Below are positions 25,523 through 36,841 of a stretch of 64,000 nt of DNA, piece after piece (positions within the stretch are counted from its first letter, which is position 1; each line of letters opens with the position of its first letter). A model generated the notes under the pieces. It was given only the letters and a program-made list of their open reading frames with translations, made no database searches and had not been told where the DNA came from. The translations under genes were made by a program, and so were the position numbers. The stretch lies in the NCBI GenBank assembly GCA_951406725.2, contig OX597821.1, positions 29,884,001 to 29,948,000 on the forward strand. Direction: 5' to 3'. The stretch is from Octopus vulgaris. Lineage: Eukaryota.

Positions 25523-25942
25523 TGTGTGGCTGTGTGATAAGTAGCTTGTTTACCAACCACATGGTTCCGAGTTCAGTCCCACTGTGTGGCACCTTGGGCA
25601 AGTGTCTTCTACTATAGCCTCGGGCCGACCAATGCCTTGTGAGTGAATTTGGTAGACGGAAACCGAAAGAAGCTTGTCGTATATATGTATATATGTATAT
25701 ATGTATATATATATATGTGTATGTGTGTGTGTGTTTGTGTGTCTGTGTTTGTCCCCCTAGCATTGCTTGACAACCGATGCTGGTGTGTTTATGTCCCCGT
25801 TACTTAGCGGTTCGGCAAAAGAGACCGATAGAATAAGTACTGGGCTTACAAAGAATAAGTCCCGGGATCGAGTTGCTCGATTAAAGGCGGTGCTCCAGCA
25901 TGGCCGCAGTCAAATGACTGAAACAAGTAAAAGAGTAAAAGA
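25523..25942 (+). mobile_element. SINE family A
   Basis: Near-complete head, CORE-like segment, internal (TA)/(TG) repeat and tail. Confidence 0.9.
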
Positions 25943-26032
25943 GATATATAAATGCTTCTTAGTTGCGGCGAGCATAAGATTGTGCATATGTACGTATGTG
26001 CGTGTGCGTTTGTGTGTGTGCGTGCGTGCTTG

Positions 26033-26077
<45 letters not shown>

Positions 26078-26169
26078 AGGTAGTTATATATGTCACTATG
26101 TCTGAGTGTGTATTTCAAAGGAGTGCCTTTTCTTTTTCAATTGTAGATATTGCAAAAGAAAAAAAAGGA

Positions 26170-26541
26170 GAAAGCTTGCTTCCCAACCAGATGGTTTCGA
26201 TTTCAGTCCCACTGCGTGGCACCCTGGGAAACTGTTTCTTCTACTATAACCTCGGGCCGACCAAACCTTCGTGAGTGGAATTAGTTGACAGAAATATATG
26301 TGCATACATCTATGTGTCTGTGTCTTTATGTCTGTGTTTGTCCCCGCATCACCGCCTTACAACCGGTCTCGGTGTGTTTACGTCCCCGAAAATTAGCGGT
26401 TCAGCAAAAGTCCATGATAGAATGAGCACTAGCATTAAGAAAATAAGTCCTGGGGTCGATTTTTTTCGACTAAAACCCTTGAAGGCCGTGCTCCAGCATG
26501 GCCGCAGCCAATTAACTGAAAAAGTAAAAGAATAAAGCAAA

Positions 26542-26543
<2 letters not shown>
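26170..26543 (+). mobile_element. SINE family A (older, diverged)
   Basis: AGCTTGCTTCCCAACC...TTCAGTCCCACTGCGTGGCACC...GTGCTCCAGCATGGCCGCAG. Confidence 0.85.
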
Positions 26544-26586
<43 letters not shown>

Positions 26587-26587
26587 A

Positions 26588-26630
26588 GCCACTGATAAAC
26601 ATTAAAATGCGAAAGCATCTATGATCTGGC
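26588..26630 (+). ncRNA. Decayed type I hammerhead ribozyme motif
   Basis: GCCA-CTGATAA-ACAT TAAA ATGC-GAAA-GCAT CT ATG-ATC|TGGC: helix I GCCA/TGGC is perfect, but core G8 and G10.1 appear mutated to A. Confidence 0.5.
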
Positions 26631-26801
26631 GTTGTCCTCTACTGTAGGGAGCTTGCATCCCCTCTCAGTCATTAAAATAGAGCATTTCGTGGCTATTGAG
26701 ATGTTTTTACTCTTATTTCTAGCAATATTGGTATTGTTTAGTATCACTTAGTGAAGTCTATATTTCTGCCTTTAGGTTGTAAGATTGGGAATAAGCCACC
26801 C

Positions 26802-26843
<42 letters not shown>

Positions 26844-26848
26844 GATAA

Positions 26849-26921
<73 letters not shown>

Positions 26922-26952
26922 TATACTTTATATGATTATGAGTATAATTATA

Positions 26953-27372
26953 ATTAGGGTTCAGCAAAAAAATTTGGTTCCCACATACCAAACTTTTAGT
27001 AATAGCAGCCAAAGAACTTAGCTATTTCTTCTACTATAAGAAGAATCTTCCAGACAATGTATACTCAAAAACCGTTCACTTAGGCATAGAGGGAAAATAA
27101 CGAAAGTTCACCCGGCATTTGATTACTTGTGGACGCGTTTCTGAGTTAGATAGAAATGGAGATGCAAGAATTACGTCTCCATCCTAACATTCTCTTCATC
27201 AGCATAAATATTTCGATAATTTTGAATTAGAGAGCACTGAAAAAATTGAACATACCTATCTGAATCAATTAACATCAGATAAACTATTTTCAACATCCAG
27301 TACCAAAGAATTCAAAACATACGAATGAGGCTTAATTACTAATTAATTAATTAATTTTACCCTTTATTATTA

Positions 27373-27375
<3 letters not shown>
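26953..27375 (-). mobile_element. Hammerhead-containing non-coding element between (TA)n tracts (Penelope-like terminal repeat)
   Basis: Shares CCACATACC...AATAGCAGYCAAA...TATTTC with 33350-33455 and 60084-60480, and AAATAACGAAA...ACGCGTTTC with 60084-60480. Confidence 0.7.
27124..27210 (-). ncRNA. Type I hammerhead ribozyme
   Basis: TATTTATG-CTGATGA-[long helix II: GTTAGG/TCTAAC, ATGGAGA/TCTCCAT]-GAAA-CGC-GTC|CACAAGTA; helix I has 7 of 8 pairs; palindromic ACGCGT helix III; predicted cut between 27132 and 27131. Confidence 0.8.
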
Positions 27376-27424
<49 letters not shown>

Positions 27425-27456
27425 CATACATACATACACACATATATATATATACA

Positions 27457-27726
27457 TCTGTAAATGTAATATGTGGCAATCATTCAGTAGCCATAATTAA
27501 ACTCCGAGTTCCGGATGCCGAGGTGGAAAACCACACCGCCATCTCTTCAGTTATCCGGCCATCGGAAAAATACTATGATGTAAAAGAAAGCTTTCCATCT
27601 CATACCAAAGGTCATTTTCCGATGGCCGGATAACTGAAGAGATGGCGTCGTGTTTTCCACCTCGGCATCCGAAACTCGGAGTTTTATCATGGCTACCGAA
27701 TAATTGTCACATATTACATTTACAGA
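27457..27726. repeat. Long inverted repeat (about 110-bp arms, about 45-bp spacer); each arm is a hammerhead copy
   Basis: TCTGTAAATGTAATATGTG...CCATCGGAAAA is mirrored by TTTTCCGATGG...CACATATTACATTTACAGA. Confidence 0.9.
27623..27695 (+). ncRNA. Type I hammerhead ribozyme
   Basis: TGGCC-G-GATAA-CTGAAGA-GATG...CATCC-GAAA-CTC G GAG-TT|TTATC-AT-GGCTA: intact core, two-part helix I and palindromic helix III. The minus-strand twin at about 27488-27561 has GAAA changed to GGAA. Confidence 0.8.
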
Positions 27727-27790
27727 TAAATTCCTCTATTTACATAATATCGAGGAATCTTTCATTCTTTTGTTGTCTTACCATTTTTAT

Positions 27791-27831
<41 letters not shown>

Positions 27832-27907
27832 ATTGATAAACAAACAAACAAGTTTGCTTTAGAAGCGTTGAGATATCTTAGAAAGTTAAAGAAGCGATAT
27901 TAAATTC

Positions 27908-28046
27908 TCAAACGCAGGATAATGCTAATAATGTAGCCTGAACAGGATAAGCTACCCGTATTTTTCAGAATAGGGGTACTTATTTCTGTAAAATAGGGGT
28001 AGCTTATCCTGTTCAGGCTACTATATTATTATCATTATCCTGCGTT

Positions 28047-28049
<3 letters not shown>
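27908..28049. repeat. Near-perfect fold-back hairpin (about 63-bp arms) ending at (TA)n
   Basis: TCAAACGCAGGATAATG...GTAGCCTGAACAGGATAAGCTACCC pairs with GGGTAGCTTATCCTGTTCAGGCTAC...CATTATCCTGCGTTTGA. Confidence 0.9.
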
Positions 28050-28096
<47 letters not shown>

Positions 28097-28136
28097 ATTT
28101 ATATTTATATATCTACACACATATATACACAGACGC

Positions 28137-28318
28137 ACACATTGGTTTTCAAATTTTGGCTGAAGACCAGCAAGCATGGCAGATGGGGTAAGTAGATTAC
28201 ATGGATACCAGTGCTCAACTGGTGTCCCAGTGGAATTTGAACTCAAAACGTAAAGACGGACGAAATGCCGCTAAGGATTTTGCCTGGCATGATACCAATT
28301 TTTCCAGCTTGCTACCTT
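28137..28318 (-). mobile_element. SINE family C variant with an internal deletion and a different tail
   Basis: AAGGTAGCAAGCTGG head, GAGTTCAAATTCC, CCAGTTGAGCACTGG; tail ...GCCAAAATTTGAAAACCAAT resembles that of 59670-59884. Confidence 0.7.
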
Positions 28319-28388
28319 AACACACACATATACATTATTGAGAGGAAAACAGTGATGAAAAAGAAAAGAAAGAAGCAACATCAATAGT

Positions 28389-28800
28389 AGGCGCAGGAGT
28401 GGCTGTGTGGTAAATAGCTTGCTAACCAACCACATGGTTCCGGGTTCAGTCCCACTGCGTGGCATCTTGGGCAGGTGTCTTCTGCTATAGACCGGACCGA
28501 CCAATGCCTTGTGAGTGGATTTGGTAGACGGAAACTGAAAGAAGCTGTCGTATATATGTATATATATATGTGTATGTGTGTGTTTGTGTGTCTGTGTTTG
28601 TCGCCCTAGCATTGCTTGACAACCGATGCTGGTGTGTTTACGTCCCCGTCACTTAGCGGTTCGGCAAAAAAGAACGATAGAATAAGTACTAGGCTTACAA
28701 AGAATAAGTCCCGGGGTCGATTTGCTCGACTAAAGGCGGTGCTCCAGCATGGCCGCAGTCAAATGACTGAAACAAGTAAAAAAGTAAAGAGTAAAGAGTA
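28389..28800 (+). mobile_element. SINE family A, full length
   Basis: GGCGCAGGAGTGGCTGTGTGG head through AAAGAGTAAAGAGT tail. Confidence 0.92.
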
Positions 28801-28836
28801 GTAGTTTTAGTAGTAGGGGTTAGGATTATAACTACT

Positions 28837-29222
28837 GGTTGGCACTCCGTCGGTTACGACGACGAGGGTTCCAGCTGATCCGATCAACGGAACAGCCTGC
28901 TTGTGAAATTAACGTGCATGTGGCTGAGCACTCCACAGACACGTGTACCCTTAACGCATCTCTCGGGGAGATTCAGCGTGATACAGTGTGTGACAAGGCT
29001 GGCCCTTTGGAATACAGGTACAACCGAAACAGGAAGAAAGAATGAGAGAAAGTTGTGGTGAAAGAGTACAGCAGGGTTCGCCACCATCTCCTACCGGAGC
29101 CTCGTGGAACCTTTTAGGTGTTTTCGCTCAATAAACATTCACAACGCCCGGTCTGGGAATCGAAACGGTGGTTCAATGACTGCGAGTCCGCTGCCTTAAC
29201 CACTGGGCCATTGCGCCTTCAC
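28837..29222 (-). mobile_element. SINE family B, tail type 1
   Basis: Reverse copy of 1388-1776; 11-bp TSD TTATAACTACT at 28826-28836 and 29225-29235. Confidence 0.9.
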
Positions 29223-29725
29223 GGTTATAACTACTACTACTAAAGTAAAAGAAGAAGAATGAAGAACGGAGAATAAAGAGGATGAATGAATCAGTGAGTA
29301 AAACTATGAAGTCCAGTCAGAAGATGGGAGATACTGAAGAAGATAGAAAGAATGAAAAGAGAAAATGAGAGGAATTCAATATTTGAATGTTTGAAAAAAA
29401 AAATGTTGATAATAAACAGCGTTCTTGAGAACTAATTATTTTTCAAAATAAGCTAGTTTGTTGATGGAACATGGTAATTAACATTTATTTTCGAAAATAA
29501 AGATCTTGATTGGCCAAACTGAGTGGATGATGGATTCTCTGTTAAAGATATTTCAAACTATTTGTAAAATATTCTTCTTCTTTACAAATACTTTGGCACG
29601 AAAGTCTACGTACTTGAGTCACTGATATAGGTTTACGGTTATAAACACAATAATAAAGATATTCATTATATTGTGTTTTATTTCTCTTAATCGTACAACC
29701 TAATACTCCACCCAAATATATATAA

Positions 29726-30105
29726 CTAGCAGTATCGCCCGGCGTTGCTCGGGTTTGTAAGGGAAATAACTATATAAGCATTTTTAGAGAGTTATAGCCA
29801 AAAAATAGCAAAAAAATGCATTAAAAATGGGGAAAAAATGGTGGTAATTTTTTTTAAAAATCGTTGACTTATCGTAGACATTTTTATAATAGCGAAAAAA
29901 ATGCATTAAAATGGAAAAAAATGATGGTAAATTATTTTTAAAATCGTAGACTCATCGTAGACGCGCGCTAATACCTAGAAGGGCCCGATATGAATCACGA
30001 CTATAAGATACCCGGTTTTGGTTAAACTGCACCGCAAAATGTGTGAGTAGTTAGGAATCTAAATCATAGGAGACAAACACACAACTTCACTTTTATATAT
30101 AAAGA
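29726..30105 (-). mobile_element. Non-autonomous Helitron, complete
   Basis: Minus strand A|TCTTTATATATAAAAG ... CCCGAGCAACGCCGGG hairpin-CGATACTG-CTAG|T; inserted between A and T; internal about 80-bp tandem duplication. Confidence 0.85.
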
Positions 30106-30639
30106 TATATCATCGTCATCAGCTTTATCTCGTATCCGAGAATTTATTTTCTTCTTTGCTGAACGCTTCCTTTATAGTGATGCCGTTGATGACTCTGTAG
30201 ACCAATTCTTGCATAGAAGAGTTAATGGCATTGACTGCATGGTAATAATATTGGTGGAGGACGAGGCTGATTTTATCGAGTTTTTCTTTCCTGTCTTTTG
30301 ATTAGAAGTTTTCCGTTTCGATGGTGATAAGTGGAGCACAAAACATACAAACTGAACACTCTCAGACAGAGCAGGAACCGTTCATGGAGAGGTAAACCTT
30401 TCCCTCACAAACCAGAGTGTTTTCGTTTCAGAGTATCTTTTTTTTTTCGCCAATCAACCAGGACTGTAATTTTACCACCATTTGTAAAAAGGTTATGTCC
30501 TTCCAGCCTGAAGATTGAATGAGTCACTTACATTGCCTAGTTCAATAGTAGACCATTATCTTTATTTCTGTGAGGTATTTATAATTATCGATGCATTTTT
30601 AGTAAAACTATTTCTTTCTACCTCCTTTGTTTTATCGTG

Positions 30640-32345
30640 TGTGGAATAGTGCGTTGATTATGGAAGCAATATTCACATCATACCATAAACCTTCTATTTC
30701 CACAAAACAATCTTGCTGGCATACACTGCATTCAAAGGTGTGCACAGACATATAGGCAAAATAGTTGGTGGAGGTTCGTTTTCCATGCATTCGCAGGTGA
30801 GATTTGAGGCCAACCAAAGACATGCATGGTTTGTCACAGACTGTGCACACAAAAATATCATTGTCATTCATCTTCTCAATCATTACATTCCTCCTTAGAT
30901 CTATTTTTGAGTCTTACTTGCGTTATCCTGGCCTCTTCAAATGCTCTTACTCCACTCCACACCTTTGTTCGCCATCCAACCTGATCCGAAGCAAGGGTTT
31001 CTATATCTTCTGGAACCATTCCAAGTGACTTCATAGTAGTCTTTATGCCGTCCTTAAACCTTTTTTTAGGTTTACGCCGATAGCGTTTCCCCCTTCTGCA
31101 AGCTCACCATAAGACAGGTGTTTCGGCATGCGTCCATCTGCCATTCGAGCAATATGGCCATGCCATCTCAATTGGTTCCTCAAAATTATAGGTTTAATTG
31201 AGGTGATGCCTGCAGATGAACGGACATCTGTGTCTGGAGTAAAAGAACTTTTAATTTTTAAAATGCGATGAAGGCATTTTTGGTAGAATTCTAACTGTTT
31301 AAAATGCCTTTCATAAGTCTAAGTTTCACAGGAATACAACAGGAATGGTAAGACAAATTATTTGTAATGAGCCAGCTTTGTATTCGTGTTCATATGCCGC
31401 TGGCACCAAACACGTGACTCCAAGCCACCAAATGCTTTTGCTGCCCTTTGAATTCGCAGCTGTATTTCTGTATCAAGATTTCCATCGTTTTGAACAGAGC
31501 TTCCAAGGTAGACGAACGAATCGACAACCTCATGTATAACTTTTTCTTAGCAAAAAATTAATTTTGGGGGCGGGGGTTACAAACAGCACCATACGCAGGT
31601 TGATGCATTAAAACTGTTTTGTTTTTCAAGTTGATAGTGAATCCAAAATCATCACAAGCTGAGTCAAATGTAGATAGAAGAGATTGCAGACCTGTTTCAA
31701 AATGACTAACAAGATTGCAATCGTCAGCATACAAAAGTTCCCAATTGAGTGAAGTAAAAACCTTCGTTTTGAATTTCAGTCTGGTCTGATTAAAAACATT
31801 CCCTGTTGTTCGATATTTTCTTGTAATTGTCTGACAGTAAAGATACAATCAGCTGTGCCCTTGGAGGAACGAAAGCCACACTGAGACACAGACACCATGT
31901 TTGGAACTATAAAAGTATTTAAACGTTCAAACAAAATGCGGGCAAGTACCTTTCCAACTACAGACAAACATGAAATGTCACGAAAACTACCACACAGATC
32001 CTTTGGCTCCGATTTATACAAGGAGACTAAAATGGCATCAATCCAGGCTTGAGGCACTTTCTCAGTCCTCCAACAGTGACAAATGAATATATTTGTCAAA
32101 CATTTTGTCACCCTCATATTTCAAGACTTCTGAACAGATTCCATCAGACCCTGGAAACTTATTGTTATTCAGCTTATACACAGCTAAATAAATGTCATTT
32201 AGAGTTGGTTCAAATACCATCTCTTCTATAATTGGAAGGTGTTCGATTTTTTATATCGTCTTCATGTCAAAGGATGATGGTCTATTCAAAAGTGTAGAAA
32301 ATGTTCTATCCAACGCTTATGTATAGAAGTGGTGTCAGTCAGAAG
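30640..32345 (-). mobile_element. RTE-clade LINE ORF2 (RT domain and C-terminal C2H2 finger), decayed
   Basis: W..EKVPQAW.DAILVSLYK, R.ISCLSVVGKVLARIL, SQCGFR...GTADCIF.VRQLQE, ELLYADDC, FGFTINLK, RWHGHIARM.DGRMPK and CTVCDKPCMSLVGLKSHLRMH; frameshifts and deletions. Confidence 0.92.
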
Positions 32346-33036
32346 AAAACGTCCATTTGCTGTTCTCACTTTTTAAACATCACTTGTTCAATCCTGAGTT
32401 TCTGCAATCCCGGGCGGGTTTCTGTTTTATTTTCAAAATAATTATTTATTGGAATCACTATATTTGATTTATTTTGGGAATGGGGAGGAAGCGGAGCAAG
32501 TCTTTTGCGGTTACATATATACATATCGACGTTTACTGCTTTCTCAAGAGCAACAATGGTGTTAGCGAAACAATTATATATGAACGTGAAACTAAAGAAC
32601 ACGAAGTAATCTCTAATTAACACGGGGTTTCATTTTCTAGCCTCTTCTCTCACATACACAAATATAAACACATATGTACAGATACGCTTATATACAGACA
32701 AACATCGACATATACACTCACACAGACATATACAATTGCTGGCGATAAAACACGCAGGAATGTATTCATGAATACACAAACATATAAAGCACGTGCGTCA
32801 TTCACGAATGCTCAATCACATAACATGATATACATTAAATGAAAAAGAAGTAAACAAACAATTATACGCACTCATTCACAAAACAGTGCATACACTATCG
32901 CAGAGTTACACTAGATATATGTATGCGTACACAAGTAATTCCAGAGAAACACTTCCATACACGCATATATACGTAGTACACAAACAAGCACACAAGTCAT
33001 ACCAACACACAAATATAGAAACAGAAATACAATATA

Positions 33037-33106
<70 letters not shown>

Positions 33107-33349
33107 ATATATACACATGTATATAATATATATATATATTATATATATATATGTGTATATAAATATATGTGTATATATATATATATATAGATATGTAATT
33201 ATGTATATATACACGCGCACACGTACGCATATATATATAAATATATATTAATACATGTATGTGTATGAATACGCATATCTGTATATATGTATAGGTATAT
33301 ATATATATATGTATGTATGTATGTATGTGTATATATATATATATATATA

Positions 33350-33455
33350 CTAAGCAATAAAGGGTTTGGCAACGAATTGCCTTACCACATACCGAATTTA
33401 GAAATAGCAGTCAAAGAGTTATAGCTATTTCTTCTACTAAAAAGGGAGATCTCAG
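33350..33455 (-). mobile_element. Terminal fragment of the hammerhead element family, between (TA)n tracts
   Basis: CCACATACCGAATTTAGAAATAGCAGTCAAAGAGTTATAGCTATTTCTTCTACTA matches 26981-27036. Confidence 0.65.
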
Positions 33456-33478
33456 TAATACATACGTATATATATATG

Positions 33479-33535
<57 letters not shown>

Positions 33536-33793
33536 ATGTGTGTGTGTGTGTGTGTGGGTGCATATATATATATAGACATCGGAGAAATAATTACTGTTAT
33601 ATGTACAGTTAAATTGTTAATGCCTTGCGCGAGTAACATACTTGCTCGCCATTCATTGTTCTTAATACAATGTACGAAATGAACAGCACGAATCAAACTC
33701 TAATAGTTGAATGCCATTTGATACCCACTAGACCCCCAGACTGTAACTGAAGAATGTATGAACACACACACACACATGATTTATGTATAATAT

Positions 33794-33873
<80 letters not shown>

Positions 33874-34249
33874 TATATACATATACATATATACATAAAC
33901 ATTGTATATAATATATATAAACATATAAGTATGTATGTGTGTATTGTGTATCTGTATATATATATATATATATATATAGATAGATATTTTATATGATATT
34001 ATATATATATATATACACACCCATATATAAACATGGTATATTCTGTTAAGGACGTAGTAGAGGACATAAAGATCGTCCACCTTCAAATTTACCCTTTACT
34101 AACCAGTAGTTGTATTAAACATACCTCCAGGTTGCCTTTGGACATCTGTCGTGTGTGAATAAATAATCTCTCTCTCTCTCTCTCTGTATATATATATATA
34201 CAGGCAGAGAAATACTTCAAACCATTAAAAGGTGCTTTTATTTGTTCAG

Positions 34250-34975
34250 ATTCAGCATGAAAAATAATAACGCAAGAAATGGAAAGACATGCACACGTTG
34301 CATCAATAACATAGGAATCACCAACTTTTTAAATTGTAGCACGATGTTTTATCCACAAAGTTCACATGGAATTAGAAGACACTGGTGGGAGTATTTAAAC
34401 TATATCAGCGTTTGAGTTCTTTACGGATTTCGCAATACATCCAACGTTTCCAAAATATTATTGATGTTGCTGCTGGCAAATCTATGAGATCAGTCGCGAA
34501 AGATCTTCAGGCATCGGAGTGGACTATCAAAGCTATGAAATACATTCGATACAAGTCTTATGCGCTGAGGCGAGGCCAATTTGTCTGCGCAAGGTCACGG
34601 GTGAACCGTTTGATCTGAGTGAAGTGGTTATCTAACAAGTTTAAAAACATCTGCAAACCTGGCATTAGACCAAAAGTCTAATAGGAGAAATGACAGAGGG
34701 TTATGTGCAGATCATTCTCATAGCCTCAGAGAGATTCGCTCTAAGTTTCTAGCAATTGTGGTTCTTGTTTGGCATGACGAGTAAAGAAGGCCATATCACG
34801 CAACCTCATATCACTCCACGAGCGCCGGTTGGATATGTTGATTTGCTGGAGACACCTATCAAACTTTGGATGAATGAAGTGCGCAGCTGGGTGTCATACG
34901 AGTTTCAACAAGACTCAATAACTTTTCATAAAGAGTACGTAATCCAAGACTGATTGTCAGTGAATGTTACTATCA
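34250..34975 (+). mobile_element. Tc1/mariner superfamily (maT/DD37D-like) transposase remnant
   Basis: KSMRSVAKDLQASE.TI...IRYKSY.LRRGQF...NRLI; SKEGH..QPH; LW...V....YEFQQDS..FHK; many stops. Confidence 0.8.
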
Positions 34976-34980
34976 TACAA

Positions 34981-35121
34981 TTCCATATTTAAGAGATGAG
35001 GAATTATGTGCATTATTTACATTATTTACATTTGACGGATATACCCTCCAACCTTCATCAGGTGTCTTGGGGAAATTTCGAACCTGGGTTCTCATTCCTA
35101 AAATATTTTTCGATGTTGTTG

Positions 35122-35202
<81 letters not shown>

Positions 35203-35265
35203 TCACTGCCTGGAATCGAACTCAGAATCTTGGGGTTAATAGCTGCGCTCTTAACCACTACGCCA
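34981..35265 (-). mobile_element. Chimaeric element: tRNA-like Pol III head, (AAT)n, and a body with a hammerhead 5' half
   Basis: TGGCGTAGTGG A box and GAGTTCGATTCC B box (35198-35265); (AAT)n; GACAC-CTGATGA-AGG at 35052-35066; terminus shared with 56398-56480. Confidence 0.65.
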
Positions 35266-35269
35266 TAGA

Positions 35270-35430
35270 TTTTTGATTGTACATTCACACCCGCTGGGTA
35301 GCTGACCTCTACAGCAGTGTAAAACATTTGTTCCGTATCACACAGTACAATATCAGGTCTGTTATGTTTGCACTGAATTGATGCTTTTATTGGGATGTTG
35401 CACCAGTATTTCTTGCTTTTAAAGGTGTGA
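35270..35430 (-). mobile_element. Restriction-like endonuclease (RLE) fragment of an R4/NeSL-type non-LTR retrotransposon
   Basis: YWCNIPIK...CKHNRPDIVLCD.....AVEVSYPA.VNV..K (PD-D/ExK motif). Confidence 0.75.
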
Positions 35431-35747
35431 ATACCAGTTGGTTGTGAAGCGAACCGCCTAACCACATAACTATACCTTATATTATATATGTATTATATGG
35501 AACTATATCAGTACTGGATTGCATCGCATGTCCTTTTTTATGGCTTCCGTAATTGCTGGAAAGGAGAAAGTTTTCCTCAAACAAGAGATCTAGTACGAAT
35601 ACTCACAAGAGATTGAATTCTCTCATTTGTTGTCGTTGTTGTTGTTGCATGGTCGCAGATCAACACTGATCGAAATGACTAGTTATTCCAGTCGTGAGAA
35701 TCCATTTTTTTTCCTATGCATTGAGAATCCAGGACTATGTTATCTAA

Positions 35748-35889
35748 CCTAGCGGTTCGGCTAAAGAGACCGATAGAATAAGTACTGAGCTTACAAAAAA
35801 ATAAGTCCCGGGGTTGAGTTGCTCGATTAAAGGCGGTGCTCCAGCACGGCCACAGTCAAATGACTGAAACAATTAAGAGTAAAGAGTAA
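35748..35889 (+). mobile_element. SINE family A, 3' fragment
   Basis: CTAGCGGTTCGGC through AAGAGTAAAGAGTAA, inserted in an older repeat. Confidence 0.85.
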
Positions 35890-35963
35890 GTTGCTCCTTT
35901 CAAAACGATAGAATGAGATTTGGAGAAACTTTGGCTGTCATCTTCAGCGGAGTGATGACAGAG

Positions 35964-36160
35964 CAGGCATGGGCAGCCTTTGTAGAAAAGCCAGCATACA
36001 TGAGATATGGCACATCGTCAGGCGAACCGAGTCGATCTATAAAATTAATTCAAGATAACTTTTTCCATTGGCGTGCCATTCAGTAATTCCAAGACTGGCG
36101 TAAAGATTACACCTTTAGCTCTCGGCAGAGTGGACTCCATTTGACGCTGCCATGGGCCAG
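35964..36160. mobile_element. Possible degraded hAT MITE
   Basis: CAGGCATGGGCAGC and an imperfect complement GCTGCCATGGGCCAG; no clear TSD. Confidence 0.3.
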
Positions 36161-36803
36161 GCAAAGTGGTGTATTATGTCTAAAACTCTGTTACAGTACA
36201 CAACTTCAGTTACATGTTATTTTCCGCCATTTTCTTGTTTCAAATATAACAATAAATATCATATCTCGTTTATCAAATTCCAGCCTTGAATGCTTTATTT
36301 TCTTTTCCACTCATCATGATATTCGCCTACGTATTTTATTTTGCTCCAAAACATTCAGAATCGTTAAACTAATAGGATTTTTTTTTCCGTTTTACCACTA
36401 CCGTTTCTTTGCTGATAAATTTATTTCTGTATTTTATATATGTACTACATGTATATGTTTGTGAGTTTCTTTTTTTAATAAACACACGAGAGTCCTCATT
36501 CTTCTTTCTTTCATTCATCCTACAGTACTATCTCACTTTCAGCTAAACACGACATAAGTAATATCTTGTTTAAAATCAATTTCGCCGTACCAAAATATTA
36601 GAAGACGGCTGTATCTTTAGTTACTTCTGCTGTCATTCTGTATGCATCGCGGTATTCACAACTAAAGGATTGTGTTTCAGTTATACATATATTCACCTAA
36701 TGTTTTTTTTACGAGTTTTGTGTACGTGTTTTTCTAGATTCCCAATATTTTGTGTAATTCGAGAGGTTACACACACACACACGCCTACACACACGCACAC
36801 ACA

Positions 36804-36841
<38 letters not shown>

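Noticed and set aside
25767-26075. Recurrent ORFs such as MTTDAGVF..., MLGGQTQT... and ...VEDTCP...
   Set aside because: Chance reading frames in SINE family A copies.
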